Source: OCS116 cluster bacterium AG-435-F03
GTDB lineage: Bacteria > Pseudomonadota > Alphaproteobacteria > MED-G09
Reading direction: 5' to 3'
DNA length: 64,000 nt
NCBI GenBank assembly: GCA_003212795.1
Contig: QCOV01000001.1
Location: forward strand, 695,231-759,230
Every line of letters starts with the position of its first letter. Within the stretch, counting starts at the first letter, position 1. Below the pieces are notes generated by a model. It was given only the letters and a program-made list of their open reading frames with translations. It made no database searches and was not told the origin of the DNA. The position numbers and the translations under genes are program-made. Below, piece after piece: positions 39,426-49,625 of the stretch.

Positions 39426-40754
39426 TTATTGTTTATTTTTTCTTAAAAAAGCAGGAATTTCCATTTGTGAGTCAAAATCTTTATCTTCTTCGTTATTATC
39501 AAGTCTATCACTCTTAAATAGAGGAACATCATCATTTTCCCAGTCTTCAGGTTCAGGTAAATCTTCTATAACTTGAACTTCTTCTTCTATCTCTGATTCT
39601 TCGATATCATCTATTTTCTGCTCATCAGATTTGTCTTCCATTAAATCTGGATAATCTTCTGTATTTACTGGAATATCTTGATTAACTTTTCTTACTTCAA
39701 GATCTACTGACTGAACATCTTCATCAAACTCTTCAGGTTGATCATTCGATGAAGTTTCAATTTCAATAACTTTATCTTCAACTTGATCATTCATTCCAGT
39801 AGCAACAGTAGCTACAATTAACTCATCACCAAGTTCTTCATCCATAAAAACACCTGTTATAATTTCGCAATCATCTGGGTTATTTACTTCATTCTGAATA
39901 ACATTTGTCGCTGCATCAATTTCTACAGGCGTGATTTCAGTATTTGCAGTAATTGAAATAAGCAAACCTTTAGCATCCCTTAAATTGATACCGTCTAGCA
40001 TTGGATTTGATATAGACGTTTTAGCAGCAATAACTGCTCTATCATCACCTGAAGCCTGACCAACGCCAAACATTGCTTTTCCAATAAATGCCATGATTGT
40101 CTTAACATCTGCAAAATCTATATTAATTCTTCCCCTCTTGGTTATTAGTGAACTAATTGCTGAAACACCATCATATAAAGTTCTATTAATTATCTCATTA
40201 CATTCATCAAAAGAAGTTTCAATATTAGCGACCCTAAAAACATTCTCATTTGGAACAACTATAAGAGTATCAAGGCATTTTGAAAGTTCATCAATACCCT
40301 CTTTGGCCATCTTCATTCTTTTTGTTCCATCATACTTCCATGGAGTTGTTACAACCCCAACGGTAAGTATACCCATCTCCTTTGCAAGTTTTGCTACTAC
40401 TGGAGCAGCCCCTGTACCTGTTCCTCCACCCATGCAAGCAGTTATAAAAAGCATATTTATCCCTTTCAGGTAACTTTTTAACTCCTCGATAGACTCTTGT
40501 GCAGCTTTTTTTCCTATTTTGGGGTCAGCTCCTGCACCTAAACCCTTTGTAATATTTGCTCCTATTTGTATCCTTGTAGTCTGATCATGTTCCTCTAGAG
40601 CTTGAGCATCCGTGTTAACGGCATACAAATCTACTCCCTTTAAACCGCTATCAATCATGGTTCTTAGAGCATTACCGCCTCCGCCGCCAATACCTAGAAG
40701 AGCAAGACGTGGCTTTAATTTTTCAACCTCAGGCGCAGATAATTCAATTGACAA
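39426..40754 (-). CDS. ftsZ: Cell division GTPase FtsZ
   Basis: Tubulin signature GGGTGTGAAPV and C-terminal peptide EIPAFLRK. It uses a TTG start codon, preceded by AAGGAGG 5 nt upstream. Confidence 0.95.
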   Translation of the reverse strand: MSIELSAPEVEKLKPRLALLGIGGGGGNALRTMIDSGLKGVDLYAVNTDAQALEEHDQTTRIQIGANITKGLGAGADPKIGKKAAQESIEELKSYLKGINMLFITACMGGGTGTGAAPVVAKLAKEMGILTVGVVTTPWKYDGTKRMKMAKEGIDELSKCLDTLIVVPNENVFRVANIETSFDECNEIINRTLYDGVSAISSLITKRGRINIDFADVKTIMAFIGKAMFGVGQASGDDRAVIAAKTSISNPMLDGINLRDAKGLLISITANTEITPVEIDAATNVIQNEVNNPDDCEIITGVFMDEELGDELIVATVATGMNDQVEDKVIEIETSSNDQPEEFDEDVQSVDLEVRKVNQDIPVNTEDYPDLMEDKSDEQKIDDIEESEIEEEVQVIEDLPEPEDWENDDVPLFKSDRLDNNEEDKDFDSQMEIPAFLRKNKQ

Positions 40755-40822
40755 AGCAACCTCCTTAGCAAATTAGTTAATTTTTCTACTGATTCTAAGT
40801 TTTTAACAAGAAATTGGAGAGT

Positions 40823-42112
40823 TTAAAAATCCTGGCCCATAAGATTTTTAAAGAAATTACCAATCTTTTCAGTGCTTTTTATTGAAATTCTTTCATGATT
40901 CTTTTTTGATTTTTTTAAACAATGTATTAATACGCCTGAGCATGAAGAAAATGAAGGGCTACCAATTTCACCTGACAAGCCCCCAATTTTAGTGGGCAAA
41001 CCTATCCTAACATTTGTATCAAAAACTCTTTGAGCTAATTCAATACTTCCTGGTAATCCTGCTGTGCCACCCGTTAATATAATGTTTCTTTTTGCATATT
41101 CAGAATAACCAGATTTTTCAATTACTTCTTCGGCTTTCTCTAGTATTTCTTCATACCTATACTTAATTATAGAGACTAAATTACTTAGTTTAAATTTACT
41201 TCTTATAGTGTTTTCACTATCATTTGGGATTTCATAATATTGTTCAGAGTCATTAGCGCCCATAATTGTATTACCATATAAATTTTTAATTCCCTCAGCA
41301 TGTTCAAAAGATGTATGCAATCCTAAAGCAACATCGTTAGTTATGTACCACCCTCCTAGATTTATAGTTTTGGCATAGACTATTGTTCCCTCAAAAAATA
41401 TCGATATTGATGTGGTGCCACAACCAATATCAATACAAACTGAACCAAAATCTAACTCATGTTCCTGTAAACAAGCTAAACCTGATGCATATGGCTTTGC
41501 AATAAAGCCTTCTATTTTTAAATGCATCTTTTTAATAATATTTTCTATGTTAATAAGAGGGTTAATTTCAGATGTAATATAGTTTAATTCTACGCCAAGT
41601 TTATCTGCTACTAAACCTGACGGATCGGTAACATTTCTGGTTCCATCTACGAAAAAATTCGAAGGAACAATATGAATTATTTTCTGGTTAGTTGGAGTAT
41701 ATTTATTATTAGTTATAGAAATAACTTCAGCAACATGTTCTTGCTTAATCGTTCTTTCCGGAATGTTAATTGAACCTTTTAAAACATGACTTTTTAGGAA
41801 ATCACCTGAAATACAAACATAAACATTATTAATTTCAATATTTGCATCTTTTTCAGCTTTATCCAAGGCAAGCCTTATCGATTTTTCTGCCTCCTTTTGG
41901 TCAATAACTTTACCGTTCCTTATACCTTTTGATTGGCAATATCCAGACCCAACAACCCTTAATGCTCTCTTTTCTCTCGTTATTTCATCAATTTTAGCAA
42001 TAAAACAAACAATCTTATCTGATCCAATATCTATGGCTGTCAAAATATTTTTTGATTGATTTGACTTATTATCTGCTGAAAATAAATCTATTTGATTGCT
42101 ATTTTTTTTCAT
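40823..42112 (-). CDS. ftsA: Cell division protein FtsA
   Basis: Actin-like ATPase (AIDIGSDKI, IDIGCGTTSISIF, LTGGTAGLPG). Confidence 0.95.
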   Translation of the reverse strand: MKKNSNQIDLFSADNKSNQSKNILTAIDIGSDKIVCFIAKIDEITREKRALRVVGSGYCQSKGIRNGKVIDQKEAEKSIRLALDKAEKDANIEINNVYVCISGDFLKSHVLKGSINIPERTIKQEHVAEVISITNNKYTPTNQKIIHIVPSNFFVDGTRNVTDPSGLVADKLGVELNYITSEINPLINIENIIKKMHLKIEGFIAKPYASGLACLQEHELDFGSVCIDIGCGTTSISIFFEGTIVYAKTINLGGWYITNDVALGLHTSFEHAEGIKNLYGNTIMGANDSEQYYEIPNDSENTIRSKFKLSNLVSIIKYRYEEILEKAEEVIEKSGYSEYAKRNIILTGGTAGLPGSIELAQRVFDTNVRIGLPTKIGGLSGEIGSPSFSSCSGVLIHCLKKSKKNHERISIKSTEKIGNFFKNLMGQDF

Positions 42113-42849
42113 TAACTTCTTTTGAAAATTCTATCTGTAGATATTTCACCTTTTATTCTTAAATCAATTTTCTTGTGACCTTTTTCTATTAAGTTATAAT
42201 CTTTTAAATGTTGATCGAGCTCAAGTAAGGCATCATTTACGTCCCCCATGGGTAACTTAATTAAGACACCCTCTTTAAAATATAAATCCCATCTTCTTTT
42301 TCCAATAAAAGTTGCATAATCAATCCTACTTCTTAATGAAGGATAATCATCCAAAGCATTTAAAAAATTACTGAGATTTAAATCCGCTTCATTACCATAA
42401 ACAAAAAGTAAATCATCATATGCATCTTTTTTTTGGATTTTTTCAATATGATATCCATCTTTATCAAGGATCAGAACTTCATTTTTATTTTCCCAAATAG
42501 CAGCAGGTTCATACTCTTCAATAAAAATATGAATTTCATTTGGAAGTTTTCTGCTTACTTTTGCACTTTTTATCCAAGGGACTGACAAAATATTTTTTTT
42601 TATTTTTTCTAAATTAATCTTAAGAATAGGTGAGTTGAGTTCAAGAGATAAAGAAGATAAGATTTTCGTCTTATTTGATCTTACCCTTCCATCAAGTTTT
42701 AATTTTTCAAGTTTAAAAAATGTATTTGAAAAATTGTTATAATAATTATTTACAGGATTATTTTCATACAAGAATAAATAAATTAAAAAAGTAATTATAC
42801 TCAAAAATATAACAAAGAAAAAATATGTTTTTCTTTTCAATTTTAACAT
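42112..42849 (-). CDS. ftsQ: Cell division protein FtsQ
   Basis: Bitopic protein with a POTRA-like region, located between ddl and ftsA. Confidence 0.8.
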   Translation of the reverse strand: MLKLKRKTYFFFVIFLSIITFLIYLFLYENNPVNNYYNNFSNTFFKLEKLKLDGRVRSNKTKILSSLSLELNSPILKINLEKIKKNILSVPWIKSAKVSRKLPNEIHIFIEEYEPAAIWENKNEVLILDKDGYHIEKIQKKDAYDDLLFVYGNEADLNLSNFLNALDDYPSLRSRIDYATFIGKRRWDLYFKEGVLIKLPMGDVNDALLELDQHLKDYNLIEKGHKKIDLRIKGEISTDRIFKRS

Positions 42850-43754
42850 ATTGCATCCTCAATGATTATATTAATTAAATTATTATAAGAAATATCTTGA
42901 AAGGCAGCTAATTTTGGAATTAATGATGTTTTGGTTAAACCAGGGTTTGTATTTAATTCTAAAACATAAGGGCTAAGAATCTCACCTTCTTCTAAACGAA
43001 AATCTGTTCTTGTAACGCCCTTGCAACCAAGCAAGTTATGGCAACGCATAGTTAAGTCTTGGATTTTAGTATAAGTTCTGCGAGGGATATCATTAGCTAA
43101 AACATATTCTGACATACCTTGTGTATATTTAGTTTCATAATCATAAAAAATATTTTTGGCTTTAATTTCCATAACTTCGGTAGGTTTGTTATCTATAATT
43201 CCACATGTTAGCTCTCTGCCTTTAATATATTTTTCAACCATTATATATTTTCCATATTTCCAATTTTTTAAATCATTTAAGAAACTAGTTTTATCTGATT
43301 CACTTAAAATTATGTATACACCAACACTTGAGCCATTATTTATTGGTTTAATTACAGAGGGGATTAAAATATCATTTTCATTAATGTCTTCTTTATCTAG
43401 CATTTTATATTTAGGAGTAGGCACATTATTTCTTATAAAAATTTCTTTAGAAAATACCTTATTCATTGCAAGAATTGATGATGAAATACCTGAGTGAGTA
43501 TATTTTATACCAATTTCTTCAAGAAGCGCCTGTATTTGACCATCCTCACCAAATTCACCATGAAGAGCATTAAAACATAAGTCAGAATTAGAACTAATTA
43601 ATTTTTCAATAAAATCGTCTTTACAGTCTATCGAAGTATACTTGAAACCCAATTCTTTAAGGGCCTCCTCTACATTTTCACTTGTTTTTAAACTGATTGC
43701 TCTTTCATCTGAGAAACCACCCTTTAAAACTGCAATCTTTCCATTAAATTTCAT
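42843..43754 (-). CDS. ddl: D-alanine--D-alanine ligase
   Basis: ATP-grasp fold with GGFSDERAISL, ALHGEFGEDG, and LELNTNPG. The ATG at 43754 is preferred over the TTG at 43757. Confidence 0.95.
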   Translation of the reverse strand: MKFNGKIAVLKGGFSDERAISLKTSENVEEALKELGFKYTSIDCKDDFIEKLISSNSDLCFNALHGEFGEDGQIQALLEEIGIKYTHSGISSSILAMNKVFSKEIFIRNNVPTPKYKMLDKEDINENDILIPSVIKPINNGSSVGVYIILSESDKTSFLNDLKNWKYGKYIMVEKYIKGRELTCGIIDNKPTEVMEIKAKNIFYDYETKYTQGMSEYVLANDIPRRTYTKIQDLTMRCHNLLGCKGVTRTDFRLEEGEILSPYVLELNTNPGLTKTSLIPKLAAFQDISYNNLINIIIEDAIC

Positions 43755-44661
43755 CAATACTATCTCCTATAAGGTGAATTTCCCATTCAAGCCTTATACC
43801 GTGATGTTTTTCAACCTCGTGAATTACAAGTTCACCAAGCTTTTCAAAATCTTTTGCTGATGCATTGCCTGTATTAATAAAAAAATTGTTATGAATTGGT
43901 GAAATCATTGCTCCACCAATTTTATAGCCACTCAAACCAGAAGAATTAATTAATTCCCAAGCCTTTACGTCTTTTGGATTTTTAAATGTACTTCCACCTG
44001 TTGCTACCTTAGACGGTTGTGACTCCTCCTTCGAGCTAATAACTGCATCGATTTTCTCTTTAATATTTACTTTATTCTCATGCCTTCCTTGAAAAGTAGC
44101 TTCAATTATAATTTGATCTTTTTTGATTACAGATTTTCTATATGAAAACTTCATTTCTTTATTATTGTATGATTTTAATTCGCCATCTCTCTCTAAAATT
44201 AAGACTTCTTCAACAATATCTTTTATTTCTGAACCATAGCAACCAGCATTCATTGCTATCGCGCCTCCTATATTACCAGGAATACCGGATAGAAATTCAA
44301 AACCCCCCAAATTATTATCAAAAGCTAATTTCGAAACATTTTTATCAAGCATCCCTGAGCTAAGTGTAATTTTATTATTTCTATGAATTTCGATTTCAGA
44401 AAAACTTGGCGGTATAAGAATAGTAACTCCTGAAATACCGCCATCTCTTATCAAAACATTTGATAACCTTCCAAAGACATTAATTTTAACTTTGTTATTA
44501 ATTTGCTTTAAAAAAACTGCTAAATCTTTTTTATTTTTAGGTATATACAAACAAGAAGCTCGTCCGCCAACTTTTAACCATGTTAAATTTTCAAGGGACT
44601 TATCAAAGAAAATTCTTCCCTGAAACAAATTACTATTAATTAAATTATGGAATTCAGACAT
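43744..44661 (-). CDS. murB: UDP-N-acetylenolpyruvoylglucosamine reductase
   Basis: FAD-binding PCMH domain (TWLKVGG, GIPGNIGGAIAMNAG, GSTFKNP). Confidence 0.95.
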   Translation of the reverse strand: MSEFHNLINSNLFQGRIFFDKSLENLTWLKVGGRASCLYIPKNKKDLAVFLKQINNKVKINVFGRLSNVLIRDGGISGVTILIPPSFSEIEIHRNNKITLSSGMLDKNVSKLAFDNNLGGFEFLSGIPGNIGGAIAMNAGCYGSEIKDIVEEVLILERDGELKSYNNKEMKFSYRKSVIKKDQIIIEATFQGRHENKVNIKEKIDAVISSKEESQPSKVATGGSTFKNPKDVKAWELINSSGLSGYKIGGAMISPIHNNFFINTGNASAKDFEKLGELVIHEVEKHHGIRLEWEIHLIGDSIDEI

Positions 44662-44662
44662 G

Positions 44663-46057
44663 TTATTTCCCTAAAGTATTTACATAATTATTGGCTAAAT
44701 TAGAAATATTTCCTGCGCCCATAAATATTACTGTTTCTCCTTTTTTGACTTCATGATTTAAAAAATCTTCAACTTTTTTAAAATCATTAAATGCTAGAGT
44801 TTTAGTTTTAGAGTTTTTTTGAATATTTTTAGCCAAGCTACTAGCGTTAATATTTTTTATTTTTTTTTCGCCAGCAGCATAAACTGGAAGAATAATGACA
44901 AAATCAGAATCTTTGAAACTTTTAGAAAATTTATCAAATGTTTGCTTTATTCTAGAAAAGCGATGAGGTTGTACAACAGTAATTATTCTTCTGTTAGATA
45001 GATCTCTTAATGTTTTCAATGAAGCTTTAATTTCTGTTGGGTGATGAGCATAGTCATCAAAATATTTTCTTTTATCTAATGTTTTTATTAATGTCATTCT
45101 CCTTTTCACACCTTCAAAATCTCTCAATGCTTGGCGAATAAATTTGAAACTTATTCCAATCCTATGAGATATTGCAATTGCACCTAAAGCATTGAGTAAA
45201 TTATGTCTTCCGTGCATTGGGAATTGAATATTTTTATAGATTTTTCTTTTTTCATTTATGTTTTTAATTTCAATATCAAAAGTTTGTCCTTGTTTATTAA
45301 TTCTAATATTTTTTGCCTTATAATTAGCTCTTGCATTTGTTCCATAAAAGAAATGATCAGATCTCTTTTGTTGGGTTGCTATTTTATATAATTTGTTATC
45401 ATCAGAGCAAATAATCGAAAACCCAAAAACAGATATGTTGTTAATATATTGTTCAAATGCATTTTCAAGACTCCTCATGTTATTGTAGAAATCTATATGC
45501 TCATCATCAATTGAAGTTATTAACCCGCTAAAAGAAGGTAATTTAGTAAAACTTCCATCAGACTCATCTGTTTCAACTATCATCCAATCGCCAAAACCTA
45601 ACCTAGTGTTAGATCCAAGAGAATTTATTATTCCTCCATTTATAACGGTAGGATCTAATTCAGATTTTACAAATATTTCAGAAATAATTGATATTGTAGT
45701 AGTTTTGCCGTGGCTTCCGGCTACTGTGATTGTTTTTTTCATTCTCATTAATTCCGCTAGCATTTCTGCTCTACTTATCAATGGAATTTTAATCTTTAGG
45801 GCCTCTTTTATTTCAACATTTTGTTTTTTTATTGCAGAAGAATAAACAATTAATGATGAGCCTTTAATATTACTAGCATTATGCCCAATTTTAATTTTTA
45901 TTCCCAATTTCTTTAATCTAATAACATTTGATCCTTCCTTTTGATCTGAGCCTGTTACCTCATAACCTAAATTGTGAAGTATTTCAGCTATACCACTCAT
46001 TCCTATGCCGCCTATACCAACTAAAAAAATTCTTCCTTTTTTATTAAGATGGTCCAT
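44663..46057 (-). CDS. murC: UDP-N-acetylmuramate--L-alanine ligase
   Basis: GIGGIGMSGIAE and the Mur ligase P-loop AGSHGKTTT. Confidence 0.95.
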   Translation of the reverse strand: MDHLNKKGRIFLVGIGGIGMSGIAEILHNLGYEVTGSDQKEGSNVIRLKKLGIKIKIGHNASNIKGSSLIVYSSAIKKQNVEIKEALKIKIPLISRAEMLAELMRMKKTITVAGSHGKTTTISIISEIFVKSELDPTVINGGIINSLGSNTRLGFGDWMIVETDESDGSFTKLPSFSGLITSIDDEHIDFYNNMRSLENAFEQYINNISVFGFSIICSDDNKLYKIATQQKRSDHFFYGTNARANYKAKNIRINKQGQTFDIEIKNINEKRKIYKNIQFPMHGRHNLLNALGAIAISHRIGISFKFIRQALRDFEGVKRRMTLIKTLDKRKYFDDYAHHPTEIKASLKTLRDLSNRRIITVVQPHRFSRIKQTFDKFSKSFKDSDFVIILPVYAAGEKKIKNINASSLAKNIQKNSKTKTLAFNDFKKVEDFLNHEVKKGETVIFMGAGNISNLANNYVNTLGK

Positions 46058-46059
46058 TT

Positions 46060-47160
46060 TTAATCTATAACCTCTTCAGCAAAATCAGCAATATTTGACG
46101 ATGCATTAGGAATCCCAAATGATTTAATATTTTTAGAAAGTTTTTCACGCTTGTTAGAGTTATTAATCAATTCTAGGATTTTTTTAGATAAAAATTGTGG
46201 ATTAAGATTGTTTTGGTCACATACAATTGCTGCATTTGCTAACTCAAAATTTCTTGCATTATGTTCTTGATCTCCATCAAGTGTATTTGGTAAAGGAATA
46301 AAAATACATGGCTTGCCACATATAGCCATCTCACTTAAAGTTAATGCTCCAGCTCTTGAAATAACAATATCTGATTGGATTATTAACTTTGGCAGATCGT
46401 AAAAAAATTCACTAACATTATGTCTTACATTATTTTTTGAAAAATAATCTGTTAGGAAATTAATATCTTCTTTTCTACATTGTTGAACAATATTCAAATT
46501 TTGAAATATTTCTGATGGCAGATAATGCAGTGACTTAGTGATTAGCTCTGTTAGGAAGGACGCTCCATGACTACCGCCAAATATTAATATATTAATATTT
46601 CTTTTATCAAATATCTTTTTTTCGTCTTTATATTTAACTATTTCCTCTCTAACTGGATTACCCAAAAAATTATAGTTTTTAATATTTTTATGTACATTCA
46701 TTCTTGTATTTTTAAATCCATTTGAAACACCATCAGCAAAAGAACATAAAAAATTATTTGCTCTTCCAAAAACCGTATTTTGTTCATGTATTATTATTTT
46801 ACGACCTAATAACTTCGAGGCTAGCAAAGGAGATAAACTAGGATAACCTCCAAAGCCAATAGATAATATAGGTCTAGTTAAAATTATCCAAAAAAGAGAA
46901 ATAAAAAATCCTAATAATAATTTACAAGCCACCTGTGGCCATTTTATAAAACCTTTATTTGTAAAGGTATCTGATGGAACGAGAATAATTTTATCGGCTT
47001 TAAAATTATTTAAGAATCTTTTTACTCTTTTATCGGTCAGCAAGATTATTCTATAGTTTCTTTTCCTTAATTCATTAGAAACAGCATCAGCTGAAAATAA
47101 GTGACCACCTGATCCTCCTGCTGCGATCATTATGTAAGGTTTATTTTTTTTATTTTTCAT
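46060..47160 (-). CDS. murG: Lipid II synthase, UDP-GlcNAc transferase MurG
   Basis: GGSGGHLF N-terminal motif, GT28 family. Confidence 0.95.
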   Translation of the reverse strand: MKNKKNKPYIMIAAGGSGGHLFSADAVSNELRKRNYRIILLTDKRVKRFLNNFKADKIILVPSDTFTNKGFIKWPQVACKLLLGFFISLFWIILTRPILSIGFGGYPSLSPLLASKLLGRKIIIHEQNTVFGRANNFLCSFADGVSNGFKNTRMNVHKNIKNYNFLGNPVREEIVKYKDEKKIFDKRNINILIFGGSHGASFLTELITKSLHYLPSEIFQNLNIVQQCRKEDINFLTDYFSKNNVRHNVSEFFYDLPKLIIQSDIVISRAGALTLSEMAICGKPCIFIPLPNTLDGDQEHNARNFELANAAIVCDQNNLNPQFLSKKILELINNSNKREKLSKNIKSFGIPNASSNIADFAEEVID

Positions 47161-47176
47161 AAATATTTAACATTAA

Positions 47177-48334
47177 TTAATTTTTTAATTTATCTGGCGT
47201 CTTAAAGTCATTTGTTTTTTTTGTTAACGCTAAAAACATTCCCATTGTAATGCCCATAGCAAGTAATGAAGAGCCACCATAACTAATAAAAGGTAAAGTC
47301 ATTCCTTTTGCAGGTATCAAGCTTAAATTTACAGCTATATGAATTAGCGCTTGAAGACCAAACAAAATAATTAATCCAGATGAAGCTAGTTGATTGAAAA
47401 AATTATTTTGATTCATAGATCTTATTAATCCTCTCATTATTAGAATTAAATATAAAATCATAAGTGATATAGTTACTATTAAACCACTTTCTTCAGCGAT
47501 TGCTGCAAAAACAAAATCTGTATAGGCATCAGGAAGATGGTATTTAACCCAACTTTCACCAATGCCCTTTCCAAAAATTTGACCATTCTCAATAGCATCA
47601 ATAGCAGCTTGAGTTTGTGTCAGCTTTGAATTAGCCGCACCTCCCCCAAACCATATCTCTATCCATGAATCTAATCGTGAAGCAAAATGAGGGAAATTAA
47701 AATAAAAGAAAATTATTGATATCATTGAAACTAAACCAGCTGGCGCTATTATTAACCAAGGAAAACCCTGTACAAATACCAAACATAAAATTGTTATAAA
47801 TAACAATATAGTTTGCCCTAGATCTGGTTGGAGCATTAAAAGTGTGGCAACTAAAACAAATAATAACCCTGGAACTAAACTGTATTTACTGTTTTGCTCT
47901 TCTTTCGATCTAGCAAAAAACCAAGCTGATAAAATAATTAAGCATGGTTTCAAAAACTCTGAAGGTTGAATCGTAATTATTCCAAAAACTGATATCCACC
48001 TTGATGCACCTCCGCTCGACAAACCTATAATAAGTGTTAATAAAACTCCTAATAAACTGAATATAAATAGGATTAGAGATATTTTTCGAGTAAATTCTTT
48101 TGGTAATATCGATATCGTTATCATTAAGGCAACAGAAATTAATAAAAAAACTGATTGTTTAATTAAAAAATAATATTGGTTAGCTTTTAAATGTCCCGCT
48201 TCTACGGGACTGACCGCTAACGAAAAAAATAAACCACTTAATCCAAGAAAGATTATGCCAAATAACATATACCTATCTACTGTGAACCACCATTCACCGA
48301 CTGGACCAGTATTTGTTCGCGAAATTCTTAACAT
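47177..48334 (-). CDS. ftsW: Divisome SEDS glycosyltransferase FtsW
   Basis: SEDS family protein (QPDLGQT, LPDAYTDFVF, PFISYGGSS), located between murD and murG. Confidence 0.9.
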   Translation of the reverse strand: MLRISRTNTGPVGEWWFTVDRYMLFGIIFLGLSGLFFSLAVSPVEAGHLKANQYYFLIKQSVFLLISVALMITISILPKEFTRKISLILFIFSLLGVLLTLIIGLSSGGASRWISVFGIITIQPSEFLKPCLIILSAWFFARSKEEQNSKYSLVPGLLFVLVATLLMLQPDLGQTILLFITILCLVFVQGFPWLIIAPAGLVSMISIIFFYFNFPHFASRLDSWIEIWFGGGAANSKLTQTQAAIDAIENGQIFGKGIGESWVKYHLPDAYTDFVFAAIAEESGLIVTISLMILYLILIMRGLIRSMNQNNFFNQLASSGLIILFGLQALIHIAVNLSLIPAKGMTLPFISYGGSSLLAMGITMGMFLALTKKTNDFKTPDKLKN

Positions 48335-49617
48335 TTTACTACTAAATTATTCACAATTTTAGTGAATTTATTTCCTCTTTCCTGATAATCAATAAATTGA
48401 TCTTGCGAACTACAACCGGGAGATAAAAGAATACAACCCTTTTGACTTTTTAAAACTTCCTTGTAGGCAGATCTAGTTGCATTTTCTAGATTATGCGATA
48501 CTTCAAATTTAACTTTTTTAGGTATTATTTGACTGAGTTGGTCAGATGATGATCCAATTAAGAAAATTTTTTTGATATTTTTATTAGATAAATTTAATTT
48601 AGTTAGATCATTATTTTTTGATAAACCACCAAGAATCCAATATATATCTTTAAACTGACTTGCGGCAAAGTTAGCTGCTGCAGGATTGGTTGCTTTAGAA
48701 TCATTAATAAAACTTACACCATTTTTTGAACAAACTTCATAAATTCTATGATTAAGATTCTTAAATTTTTTTAATTGATTGATTACAAAATTTCGATCAA
48801 CATCTAAAATATCCGTAACCTTGATTAGGGCTGGTAAAAATTTTTTAATTATTCCGTTTTGAGAAATTTTATTACTCAGATCATTAAATTCATTATCTTT
48901 AAATAATACATGCTTTGGTGAGGGATTAATTTCTTTTAATACTTTTTCTGATAAATAAAAATCATCGAAAATTGCATGATCTGAGTTTCTTTGATTTAAG
49001 AAAATTTTTGTTTTTGTTTTTTGGTATACCTCATAGGATTCATATCGCTCATTGTGATCTTCAAAAACATTTAATAAAACCGATATATCCGCTCTAAACT
49101 CATCAATTAACTCCAATTGATAGGATGAAAGCTCTAAAATAATGATATCAAATTCATCTGCATTTAAAGATAAGACCGGTATACCAATATTTCCCGCTAT
49201 ACAACTTTTTAGACCTGATTTTTGAAGTATTTCATTTAAAACAGATACAAATGTTGATTTACCATTTGTACCAGTTACAGCGATAATCTTTTTTCTAATT
49301 CCGAGACTTTTTAACTCTTGGTGAAAAACTTCAATATCACCAACAATCTTTATTTTATTTTTTATAGATTCTTTAACAATAAAAGAGTTAGCTCCAAAAT
49401 TTAACGCAATGCCTGGTGAAGATATTAATAAATCAATCTTTTCCCATGGCCATTTTCTTGGTTCATTAAACTCATAACCTTTTTTTTCTAATTCTTTTCT
49501 TTTTTTCTCACAATCGTCCCAAATAAAAATATTTTTTCGGTCCTTAAGTTTTTCATATGAAGAAATGCCACTTTGCCCTAAACCATAGATAATAATATTT
49601 TCATAATTCTCTAACAT
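48328..49617 (-). CDS. murD: UDP-N-acetylmuramoylalanine--D-glutamate ligase
   Basis: VTGTNGKST P-loop and dcw cluster position. Confidence 0.9.
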   Translation of the reverse strand: MLENYENIIIYGLGQSGISSYEKLKDRKNIFIWDDCEKKRKELEKKGYEFNEPRKWPWEKIDLLISSPGIALNFGANSFIVKESIKNKIKIVGDIEVFHQELKSLGIRKKIIAVTGTNGKSTFVSVLNEILQKSGLKSCIAGNIGIPVLSLNADEFDIIILELSSYQLELIDEFRADISVLLNVFEDHNERYESYEVYQKTKTKIFLNQRNSDHAIFDDFYLSEKVLKEINPSPKHVLFKDNEFNDLSNKISQNGIIKKFLPALIKVTDILDVDRNFVINQLKKFKNLNHRIYEVCSKNGVSFINDSKATNPAAANFAASQFKDIYWILGGLSKNNDLTKLNLSNKNIKKIFLIGSSSDQLSQIIPKKVKFEVSHNLENATRSAYKEVLKSQKGCILLSPGCSSQDQFIDYQERGNKFTKIVNNLVVKC

Positions 49618-49625
49618 TATTCATT

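Noticed and set aside
40755-40822. CtrA-type TTAA-N7-TTAA sites upstream of ftsZ.
   Set aside because: The TTAA pairs present are not spaced by 7 nt, and the motif is too frequent in AT-rich DNA to call by eye.
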